Source of the DNA: a plasmid
Sequence record: NZ_CP090789.1
Reading direction: 5' to 3' (one strand)
DNA: 64,000 bases
The translations under genes and the position numbers were made by a program. Shown piece after piece: positions 36,679-46,215 of the stretch; positions within the stretch are counted from its first letter, which is position 1; each line of letters starts with the position of its first letter. Under the pieces are notes generated by a model that did no database searches, was not told the DNA's origin, and worked only from the letters and a program-made list of their open reading frames with translations.

Positions 36679-37253
36679 ATTTGCGCCGGCGCGGCGGAGG
36701 CCCGAATTGCTGCCAGTTCTTCGTCACCAAGCGCGGGGAGTTCAACGGCCGTCACGATCTCTGGGAGAGCAGCCATGATCGCTGTCCATTCGTTCACCGC
36801 GCTTTCGTGATATGCCCTCCTTTGCTCATGGCCATTGCCCTCGTTCGTCGCTTCCGCGATGCAATGTGCGCGCACCTCGGCGTGACCGATCGCTTGCCAT
36901 ACTGCCTGGCGCGCTCCTAGGGCGAGATAGAGGCAGTAATCGTCCATCCATGCCTTGCAATCATCGATCACAGATTGATTGTCGCGAGCCGACAGAAGCC
37001 CCTTTACCTTCTTGAATGCTTGTTGATGTGCATCCATGCGCTTGTCTGCAACAAGCGTCCGAAGCGAATGACGCTGTTTGGATACCTCAATTATTTCGGC
37101 AAATTGATGTTTGATTTCCTCCTGCCGTCTGGTGATCTCGGCAATGTCCTCCTTTGTCGCCAGATTTTCCCCCTTCTTACGGAAGTATCCTGGCAGAAAT
37201 TCCTGTGCGAGCAGAATGATCCCTGCACCAGCGAGCACCCCAATCAAGCTCAT
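36675..37253 (-). CDS. hypothetical membrane-anchored protein (192 aa) in a lower-GC segment
   Basis: N-terminal TM helix; last gene of the PAAR cassette; could be a second immunity protein. Confidence 0.4.
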   Translation of the reverse strand: MSLIGVLAGAGIILLAQEFLPGYFRKKGENLATKEDIAEITRRQEEIKHQFAEIIEVSKQRHSLRTLVADKRMDAHQQAFKKVKGLLSARDNQSVIDDCKAWMDDYCLYLALGARQAVWQAIGHAEVRAHCIAEATNEGNGHEQRRAYHESAVNEWTAIMAALPEIVTAVELPALGDEELAAIRASAAPAQI

Positions 37254-37268
37254 TGTCTTTCCTCGAGT

Positions 37269-38363
37269 TTAAAGACGTTGATCGTCAAGCGTTGATTCGG
37301 ACGTGAGGCGCGGCATCTTCAACAACTTCGCCTTGTAGCTAAACACGTCGCTCTCATCGATGTCGAATCGGCGCAGCCAATCATCGCTTTCGGCAGTCGT
37401 ATCAAAGTATGGTGCGGCGGCCCCCATCAATCCGCGCTGCAAGCGCCACACAGTCTTCGCTCGAATAGCCTTCAACGCATTGTTGAGGACCACGTAGTTC
37501 GCAGGTGCGACGGGCGGCCCCTTCCCTGACTCATCGGCTGCGCCACCGGGCTCGGGTTCGGGGCCGGCCTGAATCACGACCCCACCGTTCATGTCGTACA
37601 GCGCGAACCAGTCCGGCGGCAGTTCGCTTCGTAGCGCTGCGATCCCGCCCGCCTGCTCCAACAGCGACTTGTCCAGGCACGTGAGCCAAGAAACCGTTTT
37701 CAGTTTCGATCGCAGGTGCGTCGCGTTGAGCAGCGGATTGCCGACGTCGAGCGCCAGGTAGCGCCGGGCCAACCAGTATTCCGTCGGTGTGTTGGCCTCA
37801 GCTTCCGTCAGGCTCAGATTCACCGCGAATCCGGCATAGCCGTTGTAGGCGTTCAGCCGTTTCGCGAAGTCGACGAACAGCTGCTGGAACGCGCGAGGAT
37901 GGGCGACCAGAAATGGCACAGGCACCGAGAAGGTCAGTGCGCTGGCGCCCCCTTCGGCCATCGCTTCCTCGTACTCCAGGATCCCGAACACGCGGAACTC
38001 CCACAGCCCTGCATCCTCAGCCTTTTCGCCGGAGGACAGGTAGGCCGTAACGCCCGCGTCGCCGCGCGCGCGGAACGCCTTCGGGTCCACCTGCCCATCC
38101 TTCAGCTGCACGGGCATCCGGCCGTCCTGCGTGAGCCAGCGAAGGCGCGGTCCCGCGTAGGCCGCATACGCCGCGAAGCAGTTTGCAATCTCGCCCTGCA
38201 CGGCTTCCTGATACGCGTTCGGAAAGAACAGCGCCGCGCGCACGACCATCGCTGCGCCGACGTAGTCGTGACGCTGCTTCGGCAGAAGCATGCCCCCTTT
38301 CAATAGGGCGTCAGTTTGGGCATTCTTCGCCCACTCGATCAGTGCTTGTTCGTCCATGGTCAT
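37269..38363 (-). CDS. putative immunity protein (364 aa) of the PAAR-effector cassette
   Basis: Start ATG overlaps the upstream gene stop by 1 nt (TGATG); function inferred from position only. Confidence 0.4.
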   Translation of the reverse strand: MTMDEQALIEWAKNAQTDALLKGGMLLPKQRHDYVGAAMVVRAALFFPNAYQEAVQGEIANCFAAYAAYAGPRLRWLTQDGRMPVQLKDGQVDPKAFRARGDAGVTAYLSSGEKAEDAGLWEFRVFGILEYEEAMAEGGASALTFSVPVPFLVAHPRAFQQLFVDFAKRLNAYNGYAGFAVNLSLTEAEANTPTEYWLARRYLALDVGNPLLNATHLRSKLKTVSWLTCLDKSLLEQAGGIAALRSELPPDWFALYDMNGGVVIQAGPEPEPGGAADESGKGPPVAPANYVVLNNALKAIRAKTVWRLQRGLMGAAAPYFDTTAESDDWLRRFDIDESDVFSYKAKLLKMPRLTSESTLDDQRL

Positions 38364-39127
38364 CAGAATAGCGGAATCGGGCTCGGCGATGGGGCAGGCG
38401 CAGCTCCGTCGGGCGGCCGTGGGCCGAAGACGCTGCGTGAACGTTTCGTCGCGCCCTCGAGCTCGTCGAACGGGCTCCACGGGGCCGGCTTCGACGCGCC
38501 GTCTGTGGCATCTCTCGGCGCGGGCCCGAGTACCGGAAATTCGCTGGTCTTCTCCTGCTTTTTCCCGTCGTCGTCAGGGCACCCGCAATCCTCCGGCGTC
38601 AAAAGGACGGCAGCTGCATTGGGGCCGGCGATAAGTTCGTCTTGCCTTTGATGCCGCGTTGAATACGAATCGCCCTTGAACTTCATTTCGACGACGGCGT
38701 CCAGATTGTCCTGGGTCGGCTCCTTCGCCGGATCCTTGACGATCACCACATCGGGGATCCGCACGTTGCCGACGCCGCGCTCGTACTTTCCGACCCAGTT
38801 GTCCTCGATCCATTGAGGGAGCCAACCGTGCGTCTTGTTCGGCGTGCGCGGGCTCATGATCGGTGTGGGTGGACGAACCGTCATGAGGTACTTCACCTCG
38901 GGTTTGTAGATGCTGGTCTTAAAGTCCGGGTCGTCCTGCTTGAGCTTTGAGGCGACGCAGATCTGTCGAAGATCTTTGCCGTCCACCGACTGCGGCGGAT
39001 TGTTCTTGCACGAGCACATCAGGCTGCACAGCTTCGCCTGATCTTTGGGCCGCAGCTTCGAAGTCAGGTAGACCCGACTGGTTTCGCCGTCGCCGGGCGC
39101 CGTTCCTCCGATCGACCACTTGCTCAC
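38363..39127 (-). CDS. putative effector with PD-(D/E)xK-like nuclease motifs
   Basis: GTG start overlapping the PAAR stop (GTGA); IPDVVIVKD...VVEMKF resembles a restriction-endonuclease-fold core. Confidence 0.4.
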   Translation of the reverse strand: MSKWSIGGTAPGDGETSRVYLTSKLRPKDQAKLCSLMCSCKNNPPQSVDGKDLRQICVASKLKQDDPDFKTSIYKPEVKYLMTVRPPTPIMSPRTPNKTHGWLPQWIEDNWVGKYERGVGNVRIPDVVIVKDPAKEPTQDNLDAVVEMKFKGDSYSTRHQRQDELIAGPNAAAVLLTPEDCGCPDDDGKKQEKTSEFPVLGPAPRDATDGASKPAPWSPFDELEGATKRSRSVFGPRPPDGAAPAPSPSPIPLF

Positions 39128-39654
39128 GCTTCGGCACTCCCGTCGCCGTGAAACGTAATCGACGCGGGCTCGGCAGACTCGTGCCACTGCGTGAAGCCTT
39201 GGGCGTCGGTCTGGCCGGAGATCATGGAGCCATCCGGCGCCTGGAACGAGTACGGGTGGTTGGGAACGGGGCTTCCCGTTTCGCTATTCAGGACTTGGAA
39301 CCGGCCGCGGTACCTATCGGTCGCGCTCGGATCCTGTTGCGGGACAACGTTCTTTCCGCCGCCAATGCCGCCCGCAGCACCGGACACCTGCTCGACATGC
39401 GCAGAGCCTTGCGATGCGATCAGCGAGGCGCCGCACGCCGTCTTGTCCCCTTCGGTCGCCACCGGGCGGCCGCCGAAGGTCATGCTTCTCACCTTCACGT
39501 CGACGATCGGATAGACGCCACCGCATTTCGGACATGCCACCATGTCGCCGAGTAGTGCGACGGGTTTGCCGAACATCATGTTCGTTGATGTGCAGGCGAG
39601 TACACGTCCACCATGCGACGTCGTATCGCCTTCGCGAATAAACGCGTAGGTCAT
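39124..39654 (-). CDS. PAAR-domain protein (T6SS spike tip) with C-terminal extension
   Basis: REGDTTSHGGRVLACTSTNMMFGKPVALLGDMVACPKCGG matches the PAAR motif pattern; RBS GAGGG. Confidence 0.75.
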   Translation of the reverse strand: MTYAFIREGDTTSHGGRVLACTSTNMMFGKPVALLGDMVACPKCGGVYPIVDVKVRSMTFGGRPVATEGDKTACGASLIASQGSAHVEQVSGAAGGIGGGKNVVPQQDPSATDRYRGRFQVLNSETGSPVPNHPYSFQAPDGSMISGQTDAQGFTQWHESAEPASITFHGDGSAEA

Positions 39655-40123
39655 AGCCAGCCCTCGGATTGTTATGTCGGACGAATTTAGCACCAATTCG
39701 CTACCGCACATCACCCTCGCCGGCTCGATCAACCGTCAAAGTTTGTTAGCTGCGCTCGAAAATTCGGTGCGGCGTCAAAACAATGAGAGCTGGCGTGGGT
39801 CGCGCTCTGGCACCGCCGGCGGACGCGTACCGCCCCCAACTTTGCGCATACGCACGATCAGCGGCACGACTTTGTTGCTCACCGTGAGGGTGACCTCGAA
39901 TGCAGTCAAATTTGGCGTATCGAACGTCGGCATCCGCTTCCAGATCGGTCGCCATTCTAGTTTTCGCATACGCGAGTGCAGCTGCTCCTTGCTCGGTCCC
40001 GGGACAGATGCCGCGACGAATTGCGCGAGCGGCGCTGGTACCCGCTCGGGAGGAAACGACTCCGGAAGTCCGAATGAAACAAGTTCAAGCGTCGCTGCCA
40101 CGGTGCTCTCTCCCGATCGAAAG

Positions 40124-40558
40124 TCAAGAAATCAGTTCAAGATGCTTCGCGCCATTCGGCACGGCGTCGACAACCAAGCGCCTGTCAAAGGTCGCCAACT
40201 TGCCTTTGTGTGCGCGCGCGAGCGCGAGGAGGTAAGTGTCGGTCAGCTGAGCCGATGACAGCAAGCGCGTAGCATCGACGTGCTTTTCGTCGAGCAGGCT
40301 CACATCGTCCGACCAGAACGTGTGCCCGGTATGAGACCGTAGTTGTGCAACAAGCGGCGCAACGGATGCCGGAGATCCCATCGTGTTCGGGTATTTCGGA
40401 TTGCCGATAATTCGAAGCACGCCGTTTTCGGTGAGCGGGCACGTCGCCCACGCGGAATGGCCTACCCGGCCAAACCACGCATGCGCCGGCTCGTGTTGAA
40501 CGTGTGCCGGGTCGAGCAAAGCAATGAGTACGTTGACGTCGAGAAGGTAGGCCATCAA
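40124..40558 (-). CDS. vapC: VapC PIN-domain toxin
   Basis: MAYLLDVNVLIAL...FDRRLV PIN signature; overlaps the vapB stop. Confidence 0.8.
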   Translation of the reverse strand: MMAYLLDVNVLIALLDPAHVQHEPAHAWFGRVGHSAWATCPLTENGVLRIIGNPKYPNTMGSPASVAPLVAQLRSHTGHTFWSDDVSLLDEKHVDATRLLSSAQLTDTYLLALARAHKGKLATFDRRLVVDAVPNGAKHLELIS

Positions 40559-40782
40559 AGCGAGTCGTCGCGAAGTTGATTAACGGTATCAAGGGTGACC
40601 GGACGGGCCGTCGCGGAAACCGGCATCAACGGCAAGCCGTTTCGGCTCGACTGGTTCGTTGTCCCGCGCTGCAGGGCCGCACGGGCGAGATCGGAAATGA
40701 CCTTCCCGATACTCGTGCCGGGCTTTGCACGCTCCCGCGCGAAGGCAAGGACGTCGTCGTCGATATCAATAGTGGTACGCAT
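40555..40782 (-). CDS. vapB: VapB antitoxin
   Basis: MRTTIDIDDDVLAFARE...: small DNA-binding antitoxin N-terminus; ATGA coupling with vapC. Confidence 0.65.
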   Translation of the reverse strand: MRTTIDIDDDVLAFARERAKPGTSIGKVISDLARAALQRGTTNQSSRNGLPLMPVSATARPVTLDTVNQLRDDSL

Positions 40783-40866
40783 ATGGCGCTCCTTATAAGC
40801 ATCAAACATCACGCATCATCATTATAGCGACGCATCATCAAACATCAAGCATCAAGCATCAAATGT

Positions 40867-40980
40867 GTTGTAAACGCTGCTGCCGGACGCTATACTGGCC
40901 GCGCACCTGAAACAACAGGCGCCGGGTTTGGCGACCCGAACGGTTAATGCGCACAGCCGCGTTCTGCGGCTTTTTTGTGC
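40867..40980 (+). ncRNA. candidate small RNA or leader: promoter (TTGTAA-17-TATACT) plus intrinsic terminator
   Basis: -35/-10 at 40867-40894; hairpin AGCCGC-GTTCT-GCGGCT then TTTTTTG at about 40953-40980; no ORF between. Confidence 0.25.
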
Positions 40981-41126
40981 GGTATGCCTTTGCACGTCGG
41001 TTTCTATGGGCGGGCCTGGGTGGGGAGACCTTCGGGTCTGCCGGTGTTCATTAGCCGCCGGTTCGCCAACCCCGCTCTGCGCCCGCTCACCCCGTTTGGC
41101 GACGGGAGCGGGTTGAAACCCTGCTA

Positions 41127-42341
41127 ATGAGGCCGCCCATGCACAGCCATCCTTCCGTTGCGCGTATCGCGCCGCGCCTTACCCTCCCCCGCCTAATCGC
41201 ATTGGCCCTCGCTCTAGGTGCCACTAGCACGTCCGCGTGGATCTCGATCGTCGCCGGTATTGAACGCGGCGGCACATCCGCCGAACGGATCGCGTGGGCC
41301 GCTGTTGCCCTCGTCGTCCTACTTGCCGCCCACCTTCTACCCGCCTTGACGCGGGGCGAGCCGCTGCAGCTCAAATTGCCTGCGATGGCGCTCTGGTTGG
41401 TGTGCCTCGTTGGCACTGGCTACGGCCACGCGACGTTCTTCTTGTCGGCCCAGCAACACGCTGGTGCGCGGCGAGCAAGCGCAATCGAGACTGTCGAACC
41501 GAATGCGCCGACCCAAGCCGAGCTGGGCCGGCCGCGCGATGTCGTCGCACGCGACCAAGCCCGAGTGACGCAATTACTCGCCAACGCGCGCGCCGAAAGC
41601 TGCGTGACCCGCTGCGCACAGCTGCGCGCTCGGCGGGAAGCGCTCGCGGCCCAGCTAACCGCGCTTGGCGTCGAGGCAGAAATGGCGCAGCGGCGCGAAC
41701 AAGCAGCCGATCGCGTGGAAGCCGAGCGCCAGCTGACACGCGCCCGCAAGGATAAGGCTCGCATCGACCCGGTTACCTCACGGGTTGCCCAGCTTTTCGC
41801 CCTCTCCCGCGATGGTGTCGATCTCGCGATCGCGCTGCTGTTCGGGCTGCTGCTCGAGTGCGTCGCGTGCCTTGGCTGGCTGCAAGGCTTGCCTCGGCGC
41901 GTGGACGCTCCGGTGGGCGGCCTTGATCCTGCAGGTCGAGATGAGCCGCGGAGCGGCCCTCGTCACGGCTCTTCCCACGACTACCGGCCCACCGAGCAAC
42001 CAGTCACCGACGTCGCGGCTGTAGAGAGCACGCCTGTCATGCAGACGCAGGAGGCGCTCGCCCCACTCGAATCGACGGTCGATCGCTTGGCGGCACTACC
42101 CGCGATCGACGCTGACGTGCTCAGGCTCGCAAACGCGATAGCCGCCGGCCACGTCCGGGCGACGGTGGCCGACATTCGTCGCTACATGCGCTGTTCTCAG
42201 GCCCGAGCGTCGCACCTGCGTCGCCGCGTGCTGTCGCTGGCCGACATCGACACGCCGGCCGTCATCGACCGCGAAGCCGTCGACACGGTCACACCGTCAA
42301 GGCCGCGTCTGGTGCATTCGCTGCCGGCGCGCGTCGCATAG
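41127..42341 (+). CDS. hypothetical membrane protein (404 aa)
   Basis: Several TM helices in N-half, coiled-coil middle. Confidence 0.5.
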   Translation: MRPPMHSHPSVARIAPRLTLPRLIALALALGATSTSAWISIVAGIERGGTSAERIAWAAVALVVLLAAHLLPALTRGEPLQLKLPAMALWLVCLVGTGYGHATFFLSAQQHAGARRASAIETVEPNAPTQAELGRPRDVVARDQARVTQLLANARAESCVTRCAQLRARREALAAQLTALGVEAEMAQRREQAADRVEAERQLTRARKDKARIDPVTSRVAQLFALSRDGVDLAIALLFGLLLECVACLGWLQGLPRRVDAPVGGLDPAGRDEPRSGPRHGSSHDYRPTEQPVTDVAAVESTPVMQTQEALAPLESTVDRLAALPAIDADVLRLANAIAAGHVRATVADIRRYMRCSQARASHLRRRVLSLADIDTPAVIDREAVDTVTPSRPRLVHSLPARVA

Positions 42342-42440
42342 ACCGCCCGAACCACCCGGCTCGGTACCGGCACGCCTCAAGTTTTCTCGAAGGCGTGCCG
42401 ATGAACAGTTTCTACACACAAATACAGAGGAAACGCCAAA

Positions 42441-42992
42441 ATGCGGAAAACCTTGCTCGTCGCGGCCGCCATCGGCTCGTTCAGTTCCTTCGCACTCGCG
42501 AGCTCGCCTGCCGCGGCCCCGGACACCGTTCATGTGAAGCTCGAAGTGAAGTCCAACCTCTACGGCTCATTCACTGAGGAGCGCGACGTCCCGGTCGGCC
42601 AGCCGAGCGTGTTTGAGCGCACCAGCGGCGAGCATAAGCGCGTTGACTACAGCGGCCCGTGCAAAGTCGATCTGCCGGTCGGCATGCCTGCGACGATTCT
42701 CGATCGCACCCGGATCGTAGTCGCGCCGTTCGGTGGTCCCGACGACGGCAAGATTTTCGCGCAAACCAGCATAGAGGCATCGAAGTTCACGGGCCGGCGC
42801 GAAACCGAAGTCAAGAATTGCGGTACCGTCGCGTTCGGTAACAGCACCCATGCAGAGTTCGGCAACACCTGGCGCTATCGACTCGGCCACGCCGAAACGG
42901 TCTACCAGGCTGACGAGTCACCGATGACCGCCGCGGCACACAACCTGATCGTCAAGCTGACCTTCACGCCGGCGGCGTCTAAGGCCGACTGA
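42441..42992 (+). CDS. hypothetical secreted protein (183 aa)
   Basis: Signal peptide MRKTLLVAAAIGSFSSFALASSPAAA. Confidence 0.5.
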   Translation: MRKTLLVAAAIGSFSSFALASSPAAAPDTVHVKLEVKSNLYGSFTEERDVPVGQPSVFERTSGEHKRVDYSGPCKVDLPVGMPATILDRTRIVVAPFGGPDDGKIFAQTSIEASKFTGRRETEVKNCGTVAFGNSTHAEFGNTWRYRLGHAETVYQADESPMTAAAHNLIVKLTFTPAASKAD

Positions 42993-43299
42993 CGCGAACC
43001 GCGCGATCGCTAGCGATGCCCGCCGCTCTCCGGCGGGCATCGCAGCTAACGGAAAGCACTTTGAACGTGATGCTAGCAGCACGAAGACCGGTGCGTTCAG
43101 CCACTCGCGGCCACGTGTATTCGGCGGGTTATCCGCCTTGGTGATCAGGGGTCCGCCACGCTCACGGGCTGCCACACGAGGCGTCGACCGCTCGACACGG
43201 CCCCGCGCGGAACGGCGCAGGACGGACACTGAATCGTCGTCACCCCGATAACGACCCAGCGAAATTGGCGGGTGTCGGCATCCGGCAGATGAGCGGGTG

Positions 43300-44009
43300 C
43301 TAGGAGCGCTCCAACGCATCTGCAAATTCGTCCCAAAACCTGATCGTCGACGCACCGTATGCCTTGATGTCCCCCACGGTTAGATACAGGTCTTCACCCG
43401 ACATGGGCCGGTATACGCTCGGGGTGACACGGAACGGCATCGCAGCAAGCTGTCCATTCATTCGGGTGGGGTCGAAAAAATCGGGCCGTTGCGCCTTCAG
43501 GATATCGGCCGACTCGCCATCGGCATGCTTCACGGTGTTCGCGACTACACGCAATTGGTCGATGTCCGACCAGGTCGAAAGTTGGGAAAGGTCGATCCCT
43601 GTTGCAGCAAGCCGCTTTCTCAGCACGGACAGCTTCAAGAGCGCATTGCTGTGCTCTTCGGTCGGATCCAGCATTTCCTTCCGGTGAAACGCCAGCAGTT
43701 GCTGCTCCCACGTGTGGTAGAGCATTGGGGCAAACGAATTGACGAGTGCCTGCCGGATCGCATCCATGCCGGCATAGTAGTCAAAGCCCGCTTCGAACGC
43801 CGCTTGTGCAAGCATCGATTCGTCGGCAGCATCGTGCTCGATTGGCATCGATACCAGGTCTTGGTAGGTCTGCTCTCGAAGCGCCGTCGCTTCAGCCTCG
43901 ATACCGTCGAAGGACGGGAGCAGGCGCTCCTCGAGCACCTGCAAGGTTCGCTCGAGATGTGGTTTGAAGCTCGTCCTGAAGTATCCGCGCCAAAAATTCG
44001 CGTTGTGCA
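43300..44009 (-). CDS. hypothetical protein (236 aa)
   Basis: ORF upstream-adjacent to the integrase gene; no clear domain. Confidence 0.45.
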
Positions 44010-44056
44010 TATCACCGTTCTCTTCTTGCTTCGCAACGTGTCGCCCAGGATTGCTA

Positions 44057-45889
44057 CTACGACTGCATGAGGCGTGCATGGTATTTCGCGATTTCTGCGC
44101 GGCGGCGCTTTTCCTCTGCGGTCACGTAGACCGACGTCGTCTGCAGTGACGCGTGGCCGAGCAACTGCTGGACGACGTCGAGCGGCACATCGGTGGCCAC
44201 CGACTGCGTGCCGAACGTATGGCGGAACGCGTGCGGCGACAAGCCCGCCAGCCGCCGGCGTTCCGGCTCGGTCAGATCCGGCACCGTCTCGAGCAGCTGC
44301 TCGACCGCCCATTGCACCAACCCGCGCGCGCCCCGCACTGAGTACCCGACCGTCGCCTTTATCGCTGTGCCGTCGCCGTCCTCGCGCGCGAACTTCTCGT
44401 ACGCCCGCGGCGTGCGCGGAATCACCAGTGGCGCGACCAGGGCCAAGGCCGGCTCCGCCGCGTCGTCCGGCGCGTCGAAATCCAGTCCACGATCCTGCCA
44501 GTGCGCCCGGAGCGCGTCGACGCACGAGCGGCTGATCGGCACGACCCGCTCCTTTTTCCGCTTGCCGATCACGCGCAACTCCCAGGTTGCCGGAATCTCG
44601 CCGTCGGCCGGATGCCACTCCAGCGCATCACGGGCGGCACTCACCGCCTCGGCGATGCGCAGGCCCGCGTCCCCCATCAGCAGCAGCAGCGCGCGCGCTG
44701 CACGCCAGCGGGACGCGTTCGGTCCCGATCCTTCGCTCCTGTCGGCCAGCACGGCACGCGCCCGCGTCCACAAGTCGAACGGTAAGGCGCGACCGACCTG
44801 CAGGCGCTTCGCGCGCTGGATCGGCTTCGGATCGACCACGGCCGACCACGGATTACCCGCGAGGTAGCGCACCTGCACCAGCCATTCGAACGCCGCGCGG
44901 ATTGCCCGGATCGCGTACCGCTGGCTGTCGAGTGACAGGCCAGCCGGTGTGAACGGGCGCCAGCGACCTGAGGCCCGCGACACGGCGGGACCGGTGAATG
45001 CCGCCGACGGCGCGGCGAGAAACGCCTTGTACGCCTCGCAATCGTCGACCAGCAGCGCCGACAACGCGACGCCGCGCTCGACGACGGCCCACAGCACCAA
45101 CCGCTCAAGCTCCCGCCGGTACGCGCGCTGCGTCGCTTCCTGGCCAGCGTAGCGGCTCAGGTAGGCGCGCACTGCCGCGAGATCGTGCGACGCCTTGATA
45201 TAGGGAAACAGCGGTGAGCGGTTGGCACCGCTTGCCCCCGACAACGGGTGCGGCACCGCCATCCGCTCCAGCGGCACCAACTGGCCGCGCACCGGCTCGA
45301 TCGCCTGGCCGACGTCGGCCAGCGGTTCGGCCGTGTCGACATCGACGTCGACCGACAGACCGATCGTCACGGCGTGTCGGCGCAACCACGCGACCACCAC
45401 GCGCGCCCGGCCAGCGCCCACGCGCGGCACCGAGCGCCACCAGCTGCCGCCGCGTCGATTGCAGAGTGCGACGAGCTCGCCGATCGTCACAACGCCCTCG
45501 CCGGCCAGGCGCTGCGCTACCAACGGGCGAAGCCAGCGGCTCACCGGGTGATCGGCTGCCGGCGCCGCAGTCGCCCACGCGCCGGCCACCTGCTCGATCA
45601 TCTGCAGGGACACGGGCGTCAGGCGCGGCTCGCCGTACTTCGTGATCGCCGCCTGCAGATGCGCGACGAGCACCGACGAGCCCTGCTGAAGCGCGTGTGC
45701 GATCAGGTCGTCACGCATCGTGCGCAGCAGCCGTTCGACCTCGAGCGGTTCGGTGGTGTCGGTGTCGAAGTAGAGCCGCGCGATCGTCGCGATCGGCAAG
45801 CCTTTCACGCGTGCGCGTAGCGCCGTGAATTCGGTGCGGCTATAGGTGCGCAGCGGGGGCAGCGTCAGCTGCTGAGGTCGGTTTGCCAT
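44057..45889 (-). CDS. int: large tyrosine site-specific integrase (ICE-type, 610 aa)
   Basis: C-terminal catalytic region HAFRHTFG...LLGHASLQTTSVYV with the Tyr; size typical of the ICEclc/PAPI-family integrases. Confidence 0.85.
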   Translation of the reverse strand: MANRPQQLTLPPLRTYSRTEFTALRARVKGLPIATIARLYFDTDTTEPLEVERLLRTMRDDLIAHALQQGSSVLVAHLQAAITKYGEPRLTPVSLQMIEQVAGAWATAAPAADHPVSRWLRPLVAQRLAGEGVVTIGELVALCNRRGGSWWRSVPRVGAGRARVVVAWLRRHAVTIGLSVDVDVDTAEPLADVGQAIEPVRGQLVPLERMAVPHPLSGASGANRSPLFPYIKASHDLAAVRAYLSRYAGQEATQRAYRRELERLVLWAVVERGVALSALLVDDCEAYKAFLAAPSAAFTGPAVSRASGRWRPFTPAGLSLDSQRYAIRAIRAAFEWLVQVRYLAGNPWSAVVDPKPIQRAKRLQVGRALPFDLWTRARAVLADRSEGSGPNASRWRAARALLLLMGDAGLRIAEAVSAARDALEWHPADGEIPATWELRVIGKRKKERVVPISRSCVDALRAHWQDRGLDFDAPDDAAEPALALVAPLVIPRTPRAYEKFAREDGDGTAIKATVGYSVRGARGLVQWAVEQLLETVPDLTEPERRRLAGLSPHAFRHTFGTQSVATDVPLDVVQQLLGHASLQTTSVYVTAEEKRRRAEIAKYHARLMQS

Positions 45890-45921
45890 CGATCAGGCAG
45901 CAAGGCCGGGGTGACGTTCCG

Positions 45922-46215
45922 TCATTGGAGCACTCCTTTTTCGATCAACCAGTTCCATTGCGCATGCAGGAGATCTCGAAGTTCGTCGTCATGCAGCTCG
46001 ATGTATGTGCGAACGATGAACGACTGAAGGTGTTGAAGCGGCGTCAAGCCATTAGCATCGCCTACCGCCGTCTCGCCATTTCGAACGGCACTGAGGACCA
46101 TGTCCACACCATCGCGAAACGAGTCGATGGTGACCCGATCGTGCGCGTCCAGCGGCATCAACCGGCTGCAGCTGACGATGTACTCGCGAACGTGTCGGAT
46201 CTCTGGAAAGGTCAT
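45922..46215 (-). CDS. hypothetical protein (97 aa), last gene of the Abi-like operon
   Basis: Overlaps the upstream gene stop. Confidence 0.4.
   Translation of the reverse strand: MTFPEIRHVREYIVSCSRLMPLDAHDRVTIDSFRDGVDMVLSAVRNGETAVGDANGLTPLQHLQSFIVRTYIELHDDELRDLLHAQWNWLIEKGVLQ

Noticed and set aside
39746-40101. ORFs 39746..39955(-) and 39775..40101(-) upstream of the PAAR gene
   Set aside because: They overlap each other with no motif. They might be a decayed adaptor or VgrG fragment, but nothing supports a call.
44057-45889. tRNA or att site expected next to an ICE-type integrase
   Set aside because: No cloverleaf-like sequence and no obvious direct repeat were found flanking the integrase. 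Genes continue on both sides, so no integration border is called.
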